Part shown: piece after piece, positions 7,259 through 16,784 of the stretch | Layout: each line of letters starts with the position of its first letter | How positions within the stretch are numbered: the first letter of the stretch is position 1 | The notes under the pieces: model-generated | Told to the model about the DNA's origin: nothing | Database searches by the model: none | The model's input: only the letters and a program-made list of their open reading frames with translations | IMG/VR virus record: IMGVR_UViG_3300033156_001223 | Coordinates: 1 to 41,841 of that record | DNA: 41,841 bases | Origin: a virus | Lineage: Duplodnaviria > Heunggongvirae > Uroviricota > Caudoviricetes | Reading direction: 5' to 3' (one strand) | Translations under genes and position numbers: made by a program

Positions 7259-9703
7259 TTATGAGAAAGAGGCAGTAAAAATTAGAGGTCGATAGACATT
7301 GTCAGTAGAATCCCAGTAGCTACTTACTAAGTAGTAATTACTGTTACATCTTACCACCTTAGCACTAGCTACTGTCCTTTCACTTAAAAGAATCCTGTTT
7401 TCGAAATTATCTTGCCCGGTTAAGACATACAATCGATTATTTCTGTCAGTATGGGCTATTAGAGCTACTAACTCATCCTCCCTACCCCTAATCCCACAAT
7501 TCCTACTGGTAGAATAATTACAAGTGTAGAAAATAGAAGAAGAAATAAGATTTCCTGTAGAAAAAAGAAGTCTATATAGGTTGATCTGATTATCTGCAAC
7601 TGAAACCAAGACCCAAACCTCATCTCCTATCTTTTCTGCTCCTCCTATTGCATTTTCATCAGTGGAAACAACTGGATATGGTCCTCTCCATGTACTTGCA
7701 ATATCCTCGGAAATCATAAGCTCAATTCTATTAGCTGTAGATGAGTAGTAACATACCAAGAAGATTTCATCATAACATGCTATTTCAATCGGATGACCAG
7801 AAACAGACGGCCAGTTAGTATCTTCAACCCACCCATTAGGATCACTGGCATCAGGGGCTAAATAATTCTTAACATTTCCACCAACCTCAGCCCAGATATG
7901 GTATTTCTGGGTATAGGGGCAGTAAACTCCCATCAAACGATTGACGCCATTAACAGAATAGGAGAGAGACCAGTTAGTTAAATCTGTAGATTCAAACACT
8001 GAAGTTGTATTAGTATCAGTTTGCCAAAAAAGGTAATACTTCTCATCATCCTTACCAAGTGTAAAGATAGGAGAATTATAATAAACCTCATCTGGAAACG
8101 AGTCTCCTTCTCCAACATATTCATTTAGTATTTTGAAAGACTTAGCAGTTTCTAAAGTAGTTAATTCTGGCTCTTCCTCTAAAATCTCTTCTACTCTTTC
8201 CGGGCTAACATAATAAAAATAAGTATCCTTAGTATAAACATAATCTGCGGGAACTAGTGCTGCACTTCCAGCAACCAATAATACATCTGCATATTCCTTG
8301 TGGCCATTGGCATCATCAAACTGGAAGAGGGGAGTATTATCATCTCGGGCGATCGCCAAAGAAGTACCAGCTGGTTTGGCATTAGTTAAAAAGGCGGCTA
8401 CTGCTGGACTGACTAGAGTCCAATTGGCATGAATCTTCTGGAGTCTGACAATGAATGTGTAATATTTGCGCCATTCATCATACCCAAACCCCTCCCACCA
8501 ATCCGGCTCTTTAATATAATCAATAATATCTATTCCACCACTCAATGGAGTTCCAGCAGACAAAACATCTCCCACTGCTATCTCTCTATCTTTTTCTACT
8601 GGATGATTTGCTACTCCATAAGAAGAGGGGAATTCGAAGCTCTCGTAGTTACCATCAAAATATTGCACGACAATAACAATACTAGTAGCACTACGGTTAA
8701 TCCCCAACACTATTCCATCTTTACTCATAAAGGGAAGCCCTAACAATAATTTCAACCCGCTGGAAAGATTACCCAGAGTAGGCCCCTTCCAAAGAGCTCC
8801 CATAATTCCATAAATCATTCCCTTGTATTGATCAGTAGTATGTGACTTTTCCTCCAAAAGTATCCGGCATATTCTTCCAAAAGTATTGACCAATACTGTA
8901 TTGTCATAATAAATTCTTTCTGCCCAGCCTACATCAGGCCAGCTTGGATGGTAAAAATTAAGAGCAGAGCCCTTTCTCTCATAATGCACACCATCTCTTT
9001 GAGCAGGAAGTGGCAGAATCTCTCCTCGGTTCGGCAAAGAGTATATGGTAGGAACCAGCTGAACACGGGAGTGAAGAGTAGGATCTATATACTCTAAGTA
9101 ATCAATAGTAGCCCTCCCCCCATAGAAATTCACTGGATCAATCGCCTTCCAAATGTCTTCACATTCATATAAATCAACATTAGAAATACCAAAGCAATCC
9201 ACCGTAAAATTATCTACCTGAGGACCCAAAAGTTCAAACCCACCAGTAAGATTGGCCACTGTGTAAGTTACTGCAAATACTCCAGATACTGAACACGGAG
9301 CGTAGGATGCAGTGAAAGTTACTGCTTCTCCAACTTCTAATAACTCCTCTCCATAATGAACTACTACTTGGTTGCTATTTGCGAATCCTGCTACTAATTT
9401 TGACCCTACTCTTCCTACCCAGATTGAATTATGAAGATGAGGGGATTTTGTATAGAAATAACCAATTAATGGGCCATATCCTCCAGAGAGAGGTGTGAAA
9501 GTAGCTCCCCATTCAAGCCTCACATCTTCAGTAGCTTCAGATCTTAAAGGGAGATACGCCCGGTCAGATGCATATTTTAGCTGCCAGCTTCCCTCAATTC
9601 TTCCATACTCCGGGCTCCACTGAAGCGCAGAAATTCCTCCTTCTGCTAGACTAGCAGCATCTCCCCCTTCAATTTCCAGATTTATGCGATAATAGACACT
9701 CAT
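7259..9703 (-). CDS. Baseplate wedge (gp7/P2 gpI-like) domain protein with N-terminal beta-sandwich-like region and C-terminal Asp-box-like beta-propeller
   Basis: Central segment YKGMIYGIMGALWKGPTLGNLSSGLKLLLGLPF...FLTNAKPAGT resembles the wedge core of large myophages (recalled, not searched); C-terminal ESTDLTNW and SEDIASTW resemble Asp-box repeats. Confidence 0.55.
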   Translation of the reverse strand: MSVYYRINLEIEGGDAASLAEGGISALQWSPEYGRIEGSWQLKYASDRAYLPLRSEATEDVRLEWGATFTPLSGGYGPLIGYFYTKSPHLHNSIWVGRVGSKLVAGFANSNQVVVHYGEELLEVGEAVTFTASYAPCSVSGVFAVTYTVANLTGGFELLGPQVDNFTVDCFGISNVDLYECEDIWKAIDPVNFYGGRATIDYLEYIDPTLHSRVQLVPTIYSLPNRGEILPLPAQRDGVHYERKGSALNFYHPSWPDVGWAERIYYDNTVLVNTFGRICRILLEEKSHTTDQYKGMIYGIMGALWKGPTLGNLSSGLKLLLGLPFMSKDGIVLGINRSATSIVIVVQYFDGNYESFEFPSSYGVANHPVEKDREIAVGDVLSAGTPLSGGIDIIDYIKEPDWWEGFGYDEWRKYYTFIVRLQKIHANWTLVSPAVAAFLTNAKPAGTSLAIARDDNTPLFQFDDANGHKEYADVLLVAGSAALVPADYVYTKDTYFYYVSPERVEEILEEEPELTTLETAKSFKILNEYVGEGDSFPDEVYYNSPIFTLGKDDEKYYLFWQTDTNTTSVFESTDLTNWSLSYSVNGVNRLMGVYCPYTQKYHIWAEVGGNVKNYLAPDASDPNGWVEDTNWPSVSGHPIEIACYDEIFLVCYYSSTANRIELMISEDIASTWRGPYPVVSTDENAIGGAEKIGDEVWVLVSVADNQINLYRLLFSTGNLISSSIFYTCNYSTSRNCGIRGREDELVALIAHTDRNNRLYVLTGQDNFENRILLSERTVASAKVVRCNSNYYLVSSYWDSTDNVYRPLIFTASFS

Positions 9704-10365
9704 GATTCAGCTACTGCAACATATAAATTATTCTCATCAAAAATTATCCCTTCTATTACATTATCAAATTCTCCTACCTGAACTAGGCTGCTTCCCTGAA
9801 GCATATAGGTCTTGTTTTCGGCAGTTACAAATACTAAATTTCTACAACTAGCTATACCAGTAATAATATCATTGAGAGTAGCAACCACTATAGCTTTATT
9901 ATCAATCAGACGGTATAAATAATGAGTAGTGGCTAGATAGAAATTGGAAGCAGCATAAACAATACCGACTGCTGATTCTCCTGAAAGTATTTCTGTAGTT
10001 TCGTAAGTATTACTATCGTATATTAATACTTTACTACCACTTTGGAGCAGAATTAGTTCTTTCTCCTCTCCTTTGCACCCTCCAACTGCTGGATAATTCA
10101 CAGTAGTAGTTAGACTTTTTGAAGTGGCTGTAAGACTGTACAAATAGCTCTTGTTGGATTTAACACTAATAACTCTAGTATGCTGATCGTCTAATTTATA
10201 GGTAGTAACCGGACTTCCTTCTACACTCCCCAAACTTTCATCACTCTCAAGGTCATAAATAGAGCCGTTGCAGGTAATAGCGAAGATAGTTGAACCCACT
10301 GCTCCAATGACTCTAAAATCTTTAAATTTATAAGTGGATTGTTTTGTAGTAGAAGTAGGTTGCAC
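9700..10365 (-). CDS. Beta-propeller-like (WD40/PQQ-like) tail-associated protein; start uncertain
   Basis: Repeating short beta-strand pattern (NFYLAT..YLYRL, NLVFVTAENKTYML, NNLYVAV); GTG start without SD; ATGA-coupled to 7259..9703. Confidence 0.55.
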   Translation of the reverse strand: MQPTSTTKQSTYKFKDFRVIGAVGSTIFAITCNGSIYDLESDESLGSVEGSPVTTYKLDDQHTRVISVKSNKSYLYSLTATSKSLTTTVNYPAVGGCKGEEKELILLQSGSKVLIYDSNTYETTEILSGESAVGIVYAASNFYLATTHYLYRLIDNKAIVVATLNDIITGIASCRNLVFVTAENKTYMLQGSSLVQVGEFDNVIEGIIFDENNLYVAVAES

Positions 10366-11872
10366 AGTAATATATTGTCATATAATTAAGTTGCAGCCCA
10401 CCTTGAGCCTCAAAAGGTATTACCGCCGTAGTGGAATCTACATTCTGTAGCTGGGTGACTTCGACATGCTCTAAATTTTCTGTAGATTCATCAAACTGGA
10501 AATGATGAACTACCTGATAAGATATAGCCCTAGAAGCATAGTCTGAAGGGTACCCAGGATCACCAGATCTTGGTTCACAAACCAAAAAGATATCATTTCT
10601 AAATACAAGCAGCCCCACAGTACGACGTACTCTAGTACTACTATATTTGGTGTATTCTCCTACCGAAAAGTGCTTGATAGGAGTTTGCGAATTCTCTCTA
10701 CTCCATAAGGTAATAATTGTGTCAAAAGAAGCATCAGACTGATATCCAGTAACCCCCCAAATATATTCCTCAGTCGGGCATATCATATAGGAAAACTTCT
10801 CTCCATCATCATTGTAAGAATTGTTGATAATATCCTCTGATAACCAATCAAAATAAACTTCTCCCCAATTACTAGACTCCCAAGCCTTGGAAATAAATTC
10901 ATCAAGAGTATATAAATGCCAACCTCTTTGGGGTGGATCTGCTGCTATTGGCCCCTTTTTTAGCCACCACTTATTAGTCCAAGGATCGTAGATATGAAAC
11001 TGGCATTTATTTCTGGAATATAGCCATTCGTTTAAGTTTGGGTCATACATATCCAACCATCCCTTAAAAGAGGTGTTCGGGAATGAAGTGGGAAGAGAAA
11101 ATCTACCAATATACCTGCGGTCTGAATAATTAGTACTGAAACTACTAAACCAAGCAATTAGGTCGTTCTGGTAAGGATCAAATGCACACATAGCTGGGCC
11201 AGAAGGAAAGTCATAGAGACTTGGATGGTACGGATCATCTACAATCGCATCAAGTAGATTAATTCCATATATAGGCCTAATAATGTGAAGATACGTATTG
11301 ACTGTTGGAAGATGGGCAGGCCAGGTATGAGTACCTACATCACACCAATAAAAATATTCAGTCATAGCTTCCAAATAATCATCAGTAACCGTGCCAATTG
11401 AAACCCATTGTCTCTTGTTAGCTAGAAAGGCTCCTCCGTCGTCGACCCAGTTTCCGCCAACCCACAATATATCATCTCGCTGCGCCCCCAAATTCTGCCA
11501 ATCCAAGCCATACAATTTTCTGAATTTAGCTCTGTTTGTTCCATCACTACTACAAGTATCCGGGTTATCTTCCGTGTGGATTCCACTAGGCACATTTCCA
11601 TATCGATAATAAATATCGTTTTTGAAAATAGTAAGTTTCCCATTCAGCAATCCTATAGCAAAAATATATGAAGATAGTTGTCTATTTACTTGCTCACCAT
11701 GACTATAACAGCAATGAGTCTCCCAACTATATTTAATGCTTTCATTTGTTTGATAAGTCAATGGAGACAGATAGAACTCACCGGGAGTTATTTGATAGAC
11801 ATCGGCTTGCCAAGTAACAGACTCTAACGTACGAAGAATGTTATTATGGATGGTACCAGATCTAAACCTCAT
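10328..11872 (-). CDS. Probable tail/baseplate-associated protein, Trp/Tyr-rich
   Basis: Start moved from 11986 (overlaps upstream gene by 98 nt, no SD) to ATG 11872, 7 nt below TGATATAAT; first gene of a coupled set ending in the wedge-like gene. Confidence 0.55.
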   Translation of the reverse strand: MRFRSGTIHNNILRTLESVTWQADVYQITPGEFYLSPLTYQTNESIKYSWETHCCYSHGEQVNRQLSSYIFAIGLLNGKLTIFKNDIYYRYGNVPSGIHTEDNPDTCSSDGTNRAKFRKLYGLDWQNLGAQRDDILWVGGNWVDDGGAFLANKRQWVSIGTVTDDYLEAMTEYFYWCDVGTHTWPAHLPTVNTYLHIIRPIYGINLLDAIVDDPYHPSLYDFPSGPAMCAFDPYQNDLIAWFSSFSTNYSDRRYIGRFSLPTSFPNTSFKGWLDMYDPNLNEWLYSRNKCQFHIYDPWTNKWWLKKGPIAADPPQRGWHLYTLDEFISKAWESSNWGEVYFDWLSEDIINNSYNDDGEKFSYMICPTEEYIWGVTGYQSDASFDTIITLWSRENSQTPIKHFSVGEYTKYSSTRVRRTVGLLVFRNDIFLVCEPRSGDPGYPSDYASRAISYQVVHHFQFDESTENLEHVEVTQLQNVDSTTAVIPFEAQGGLQLNYMTIYYCATYFYYKTIHL

Positions 11873-11879
11873 CCCTGCT

Positions 11880-11888
11880 ATTATATCA
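11880..11888 (-). promoter_or_regulatory. Extended -10 TGATATAAT, leaderless geometry
   Basis: TGATATAAT-AGCAGGG-ATG; lies immediately after the stop of the last array-2 gene. Confidence 0.6.
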
Positions 11889-12281
11889 TCAAGAAGAAGG
11901 GTTAGAAATTGGGTAGAGTTTGGAATAGTAAAATCGAGGACTAATTTGATTGAGTTTGGCATGCAAGTAGGTAGAAACAATTGCATTTAAATATTCGCAA
12001 TTACTAGTATCAGTCAGAAGAGAGTGGCGAATAATTGCTACACAGCCACCATCCGGGGCCTCTCCAAAAGATATTTCCTTTGTTTCCTTATTAAATATTA
12101 GCCACAAACGCAACCAGCCGGAGAAAAGACTCACAGCAGACTCAATCACAGTCTCTACCTCAAAATACATAACTTCTCCCTTCTCATCCAACTGTTCAAC
12201 CTCTACAATATGGATATGTGTTACTCTGACTATTGGAAAGTCTAACAGGTCATTATTATTACTAGCTACTCCAAGATTCAT
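11889..12281 (-). CDS. Array-2 paralog, hypothetical
   Basis: ATG 12281 (MNLGVAS) with SD GGGGGTG; C-terminal family helix CEYLNAIVSTYLHAKL. Confidence 0.8.
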   Translation of the reverse strand: MNLGVASNNNDLLDFPIVRVTHIHIVEVEQLDEKGEVMYFEVETVIESAVSLFSGWLRLWLIFNKETKEISFGEAPDGGCVAIIRHSLLTDTSNCEYLNAIVSTYLHAKLNQISPRFYYSKLYPISNPSS

Positions 12282-12356
12282 TTTCACCCCCTTTGTGTCA
12301 AATTGTTAAGTAGAGTAAAGTTTATAATAAGAGAAAAGAGGATACTACTCTTATCA

Positions 12357-12761
12357 TCAAGAGGAAGGTTCAGAAATGAGATGTGGCCACTTAACAGTAA
12401 GATTGAGATATTTGATATTGTGGAGCTTAGCATATAAATATGTAGCTACTACTCCATTAAGATGTGTGAAATAAAATGGTGCAAACGGATCTTGTATCTG
12501 CATGGGGATACGGGTTTCTACTATATGTTGGTTCTGTTGGTCTCCTGCTATTAGAGTATTGCTGTTTGCATTGAATAATACCCACACATGCACACCAGTC
12601 GCCTCCATAATTTTCTCTGCTTCTTTCGAGTCAAATAATGGAACAATGTCGGCATATTTCAAACCAATTTCTTTCCAAGCTTTCACGTCAAAAGTCTTTC
12701 CATAAGTTGTAGTGATTGTTAGTAGAAAGTCTCCTGGATTGCTAGCTACTGCGAACTCCAT
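12357..12761 (-). CDS. Array-2 paralog, hypothetical
   Basis: ATG 12761 (MEFAVAS) with SD AAGGAG; HLNGVVATYLYAKL; ends ISEPSS versus ISNPSS in the neighbour. Confidence 0.8.
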   Translation of the reverse strand: MEFAVASNPGDFLLTITTTYGKTFDVKAWKEIGLKYADIVPLFDSKEAEKIMEATGVHVWVLFNANSNTLIAGDQQNQHIVETRIPMQIQDPFAPFYFTHLNGVVATYLYAKLHNIKYLNLTVKWPHLISEPSS

Positions 12762-13140
12762 TTTCAACTCCTTGATACTTTCTAGTAAAGTCTAAGAACG
12801 GCTCATCCTGGGACATAGCTAGAAAATATGCAGCTATTGGACCAGATAAATATTTCAAGAAGCCAATTGTGGCTAAGATTGGATGGTAGAGTTTCACAGT
12901 TGGGCCATCACCAATGCTACTAATTAAAATAGTATTATCTGTGTAATTAAGTTTTCCGGTTATATGAGCCTCAAGAGCATCTCCAAGTAGGTTATCTATA
13001 CTATACACATTAAGGTCAAGCATCGCCTCAAAGAAAAGCACATCACCATCCTGCTCTCTTCTGAAAATGCGACCTCCATCTATTTCTATCAGTAATGAAT
13101 CATCGTCTATTCGAAAATTTAACCCAGTTCCCAACCTCAT
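12742..13140 (-). CDS. Array-2 paralog, hypothetical
   Basis: MRLG start; GDGPTVKLYHPIL and KYLSGPIAAYF match family motifs. Confidence 0.75.
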   Translation of the reverse strand: MRLGTGLNFRIDDDSLLIEIDGGRIFRREQDGDVLFFEAMLDLNVYSIDNLLGDALEAHITGKLNYTDNTILISSIGDGPTVKLYHPILATIGFLKYLSGPIAAYFLAMSQDEPFLDFTRKYQGVENGVRSS

Positions 13141-13490
13141 GATATATCCTCCTGATTACACTCTTTTAGATACTTATATAACACTTTGGCTAAATATTCG
13201 TGGCAGTTATACGGAGCATTAGCAGCTAGTGAAGTATAGTGGAAAGGCATTAATGGCCCCCCAGGTAGCCCCTGTACTATTATTGAATTGGTGTATCTAT
13301 CAATAAATATCCTCATCGCAAATTTCCATTTTTCATCAGAATTACCATATTTGTATACAAGTGCTACTTCCCATCCAATACATGATGTATCATCGTTGAT
13401 GACATAATCTAACGTAGTATAGTCTAATACTATGATCCTATCCGAATTTTTTTCTTTTTCTTGCTTATTAGAAGACCCACCTAACCTCAT
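13137..13490 (-). CDS. Array-2 paralog, hypothetical
   Basis: MRLG start, SD AGGAGG; IDRYTNSIIVQGLPGGP...APYNCHEYLAKVLYKY. Confidence 0.8.
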   Translation of the reverse strand: MRLGGSSNKQEKEKNSDRIIVLDYTTLDYVINDDTSCIGWEVALVYKYGNSDEKWKFAMRIFIDRYTNSIIVQGLPGGPLMPFHYTSLAANAPYNCHEYLAKVLYKYLKECNQEDIS

Positions 13491-13501
13491 TCTTCTTCCT
13501 C

Positions 13502-13885
13502 CTATATTTCATAATGCAGTGGAGGCTCGTCATAAATATTTTTTACGTATAAGAAAATATATGCAGCAGTTATCTCTGCCAATAAATTGACAGGATGCTC
13601 AAATTTCCGTTTTACTCTAGACAAACCATCCATAATTATTATTGGATCGGTATGAAATCCCTCACCGACTACTACTCGATCATTTCTATGGTCAGCCATC
13701 ACCCAAATACTAATTTGTCCTTTGATATTGAAAAAATCCTCTTTAATTTCGTATTCGATATAGTATTGTTGGGTAAAACTATCAGGCCAATCAGGTAGTT
13801 TAGTAGGATAGAATGGTCTATGGACTAACATACTAAGCCCTCTTACACGGCATCGAAAGCTATGATCATCCTTCCCCAACTCCAT
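13502..13885 (-). CDS. Array-2 paralog, hypothetical
   Basis: MELG start, SD AGGAGAGGAG; ISIWVMADHRNDRVVVGE and NLLAEITAAYI. Confidence 0.7.
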   Translation of the reverse strand: MELGKDDHSFRCRVRGLSMLVHRPFYPTKLPDWPDSFTQQYYIEYEIKEDFFNIKGQISIWVMADHRNDRVVVGEGFHTDPIIIMDGLSRVKRKFEHPVNLLAEITAAYIFLYVKNIYDEPPLHYEI

Positions 13886-13908
13886 TACTCCTCTCCTGAT
13901 CGCGCTCC

Positions 13909-14556
13909 TTAGAGTGTATATCTTCTGCCTATTGTTGCTTCATCTTTTATCAGACCTAGTCTGATCAGAAACCTAATGAACTTACCTTTCCAACTCAGTT
14001 GGTCATCACTTCTAGTATCTGTGGGTGTATTGTTGCTACTAGATGATGGATTGTTAGGAACTATCCAATCAAGATAATCATCTCCATCTTCCATTACTTG
14101 CGGCACAGGCACTGGTGCATCTATGTTATAGGCGAGTGTAGACGGATAAAGTATGGCATCAAGATTGCCATTATCCCGTACAATGGCATTATCTATGTAA
14201 TTGTATAGAACATCCGCTACATATTCACCGCATCCAAAAGGAGCACATTCAACTAATGCTGGGTGAAAGATACTAACATTCTTGGGGCCTCCCCAACATT
14301 GTGATACCACCAAATCACTTGATCTGTCGAAAACCATATCTAGGAAGATAGTCTTAAGTTGGTAGGAATCTTCTGCTTCATTATACACTTTGCAAGCTAA
14401 TTTTGTGCGCCAGTAAGCCTTTTCAGAATCACTCCTCCAATCTATAGTAAAATAAGCTAGTAATTTAACTTGAGGAGCACATACTGCATCAACCCTAAAT
14501 AGATCGGTGGTGAGTTCTTCCGATGGTGGTAAGTTATCAGATATCCCCATCTTCAT
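13909..14556 (-). CDS. Array-2 paralog with C-terminal low-complexity linker and amphipathic basic helix
   Basis: FDRSSDLVVSQCWGGP...APFGCGEYVADVLYNY aligns with 13137..13490; tail NNPSSSSNNTPT and WKGKFIRFLIRLGLIK. Confidence 0.8.
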   Translation of the reverse strand: MKMGISDNLPPSEELTTDLFRVDAVCAPQVKLLAYFTIDWRSDSEKAYWRTKLACKVYNEAEDSYQLKTIFLDMVFDRSSDLVVSQCWGGPKNVSIFHPALVECAPFGCGEYVADVLYNYIDNAIVRDNGNLDAILYPSTLAYNIDAPVPVPQVMEDGDDYLDWIVPNNPSSSSNNTPTDTRSDDQLSWKGKFIRFLIRLGLIKDEATIGRRYTL

Positions 14557-15181
14557 TCTTTCCTCCTTGGTTTGAAGATTGTATTGACCCTCTCTTTAAA
14601 TCTAACCATGCATTATAAGTGAGAAGTGCTGTGAGAAGGTTGTAGAGACGAGGAAAATCTTCGTTAGTCCTCTGGGAAATTGATAGATACCAATGATGCT
14701 TCAAAGGAAAAAGAACAGCACCATAAGACTTAGCAACTCTTTTAAGAGTTTCTATATTAAAACCTCCCTCTCCTCTCATCAAATCATAAATTAATTCAGT
14801 AACACATAACCTCGCTCTAAAGGATCTATTTTGTTTCTCTATAATGACCTCAATATAGTCATTATGGGCGTCCAGAAAGGGAGTCTGTAATAACCATCTA
14901 TCTTCACCATATCTCTCAAGTTTAATATCTTTTCCTAATCGGCTTTGAACCTTCTCTTTCACTAGCACATCTTCGATCGTAAGCTCATTTTCTTTCGTTT
15001 TGATGCACCTCTTATACCATTCAGCAATAATCAATAATATTCCTAGCCAAACAGTCAACAGAATGATAATTAAGGGGTCTTTGGTGATGAAGAAAATACT
15101 CAACCAACAAGCGAACACTACTGAGTAAAGAAGTAATGTATTAACTGTTTGATTTTCCAAAATTCTGTTTATCTTCTTCAT
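14537..15181 (-). CDS. Membrane protein (two N-terminal hydrophobic helices) with DUF1828-like domain
   Basis: LLQTPFLDAHNDYIEVIIE matches the TPFxD..ND.I.I.I pattern recalled for DUF1828; hydrophobic stretch about aa 14-54. Confidence 0.55.
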   Translation of the reverse strand: MKKINRILENQTVNTLLLYSVVFACWLSIFFITKDPLIIILLTVWLGILLIIAEWYKRCIKTKENELTIEDVLVKEKVQSRLGKDIKLERYGEDRWLLQTPFLDAHNDYIEVIIEKQNRSFRARLCVTELIYDLMRGEGGFNIETLKRVAKSYGAVLFPLKHHWYLSISQRTNEDFPRLYNLLTALLTYNAWLDLKRGSIQSSNQGGKNEDGDI

Positions 15182-15896
15182 TTTTCATCTCCTCTTGCAT
15201 TTTCTTAAACAATTTCGGTAGCTTTTTCAATGTCAGGGCTATTTCATCAGTCTCTTCTTGTTTCAAAACATGTATCAATCTCTTATTCACCATCCTCACA
15301 CACCTACCAATTAAATAGAGCTGCAAATATACGTGGTGATCTGGCTGAAAGAATTTCAATAGAGACAGTTTTTTCATTGCAATAAACGCAGATGTGGGGG
15401 AAGAGTAGATTTTCTCCAAAATCCCCCTCCAGTCAAACTTAAAGCCTGCTTTTAGAAGAAGTCTCATCAATTGGAAAACTTTGAACTTTGTCTCTTCGAC
15501 TGCTGAACATTCATTCATGACTGTATTGATAACAGAAGCGGCTAACCTAGTACGAGGTATCTCAGATCCTTCTAATAATGGTTCAACTCTTTTTATGATT
15601 AACTCTGGTTTGCGGCACAATGGATCTTCTAAATGGACTAGCTCATGGGCAACAGATTCAAAGAAACTAGGCAAATCAGTTGTTCGTATTATGATAGCAC
15701 CAAGATACCTTGAAAATTCTCCACCACTATATTCTACCTTCTCGGGGGCACTCCAGACATCCCAACAATATTGCCCATAAATAATAGGATACCCACATTC
15801 TTCTCGCAAATACTTTACCATCTTTTTAATTAATTTTACTTCTTCACTATTCACTCCCTCCTTCAAAGAAGTCCACCCTATTAGTGCCTTGCTCAT
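15141..15896 (-). CDS. HExxH zincin-like metallopeptidase-motif protein
   Basis: SVAHELVH followed by a downstream NECSA (E..A) segment; SD GGAGGG. Confidence 0.55.
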   Translation of the reverse strand: MSKALIGWTSLKEGVNSEEVKLIKKMVKYLREECGYPIIYGQYCWDVWSAPEKVEYSGGEFSRYLGAIIIRTTDLPSFFESVAHELVHLEDPLCRKPELIIKRVEPLLEGSEIPRTRLAASVINTVMNECSAVEETKFKVFQLMRLLLKAGFKFDWRGILEKIYSSPTSAFIAMKKLSLLKFFQPDHHVYLQLYLIGRCVRMVNKRLIHVLKQEETDEIALTLKKLPKLFKKMQEEMKNEEDKQNFGKSNS

Positions 15897-16752
15897 CTGT
15901 ACCCTCCATTTTCTTTTTAATTAGTTCGTAAGCTAACACTGCAATACTAGCATCAGCTTTAAGATGGCGTGGTGATCCTCCTACCTGTGGTTTGCCTCCC
16001 CACCCATACCCCCATTTCATTTCTTGACATATTCGATCAAGTTCACGATAAACATTATGAAGTCCACCAGAGCCAAACAATCTTTCTGCCGTACCAATGT
16101 CTTTCACTCCGATAGTCACTCTATGTTCTGCCTCCACATACGCAACTACTACATCAGCCCCATCTTCAGAATACCAAACATCAAACCCCCAAACTGGGCA
16201 GGATACAAACATGATTGTTCCTCTTTTCAGTTTATGAATTATTTTTACCCATTTCCTTGCCATTTCTATTCTTTTTTGGTCAGCTTCGTCTGAGATACGG
16301 TGTTGGGGGCCAATAAGAGAGGGCCATAGAAACACTCCTGTAATCCAAGCTTCTGAATCTGCTCCTCCCAATAGTCTTTTCCAACTTGTTACCAACTCAC
16401 TTTCCGGGGTCTTTTCGGAGAAGTCCCCTTCATCCAATTTCGCAATAGTTTCAGCCAGACGCTTCACATACAAATTTGGTTTGATTAACCCAATTAGAAG
16501 GGCAATACAATAGGTGGCGTCAGCGTCAGGGCTGCCAGCCACAACGAATCTGGGATCATCTTTCCTAATCCCAGCTAAATCCAGAGCTTGGATACAAACA
16601 GGGGGTTTGTGGCTATAGGGGCCATGGTGATCTAGTTCCAACTCATCTACTACCGACACGTCTCCATAACTACATTCCACAGGACATCTTCCTTCCTCCA
16701 GATACTTTCTAGCTTCTTCTGCCTTATTGGCTACTACAATATCAATTTTCAT
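15847..16752 (-). CDS. DHH-like phosphoesterase-related protein with DHH preceding DxD
   Basis: LDHHG at aa 40-44, PDAD at aa 75-78, C-terminal GWGGKPQVGGSPR resembling the DHHA1 glycine-rich motif; SD GGAGGTG. Confidence 0.5.
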   Translation of the reverse strand: MKIDIVVANKAEEARKYLEEGRCPVECSYGDVSVVDELELDHHGPYSHKPPVCIQALDLAGIRKDDPRFVVAGSPDADATYCIALLIGLIKPNLYVKRLAETIAKLDEGDFSEKTPESELVTSWKRLLGGADSEAWITGVFLWPSLIGPQHRISDEADQKRIEMARKWVKIIHKLKRGTIMFVSCPVWGFDVWYSEDGADVVVAYVEAEHRVTIGVKDIGTAERLFGSGGLHNVYRELDRICQEMKWGYGWGGKPQVGGSPRHLKADASIAVLAYELIKKKMEGTDEQGTNRVDFFEGGSE

Positions 16753-16784
16753 GGAACACCTCCATTAATAAGTTTTTCCTATTA

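Noticed and set aside
12288-12356. TTGACA and TATAAT-like words and a weak AAGAG/CTCTT stem between two array-2 genes
   Set aside because: The elements are on opposite strands or wrongly spaced and the stem is only 5 bp; no supportable promoter or terminator call.
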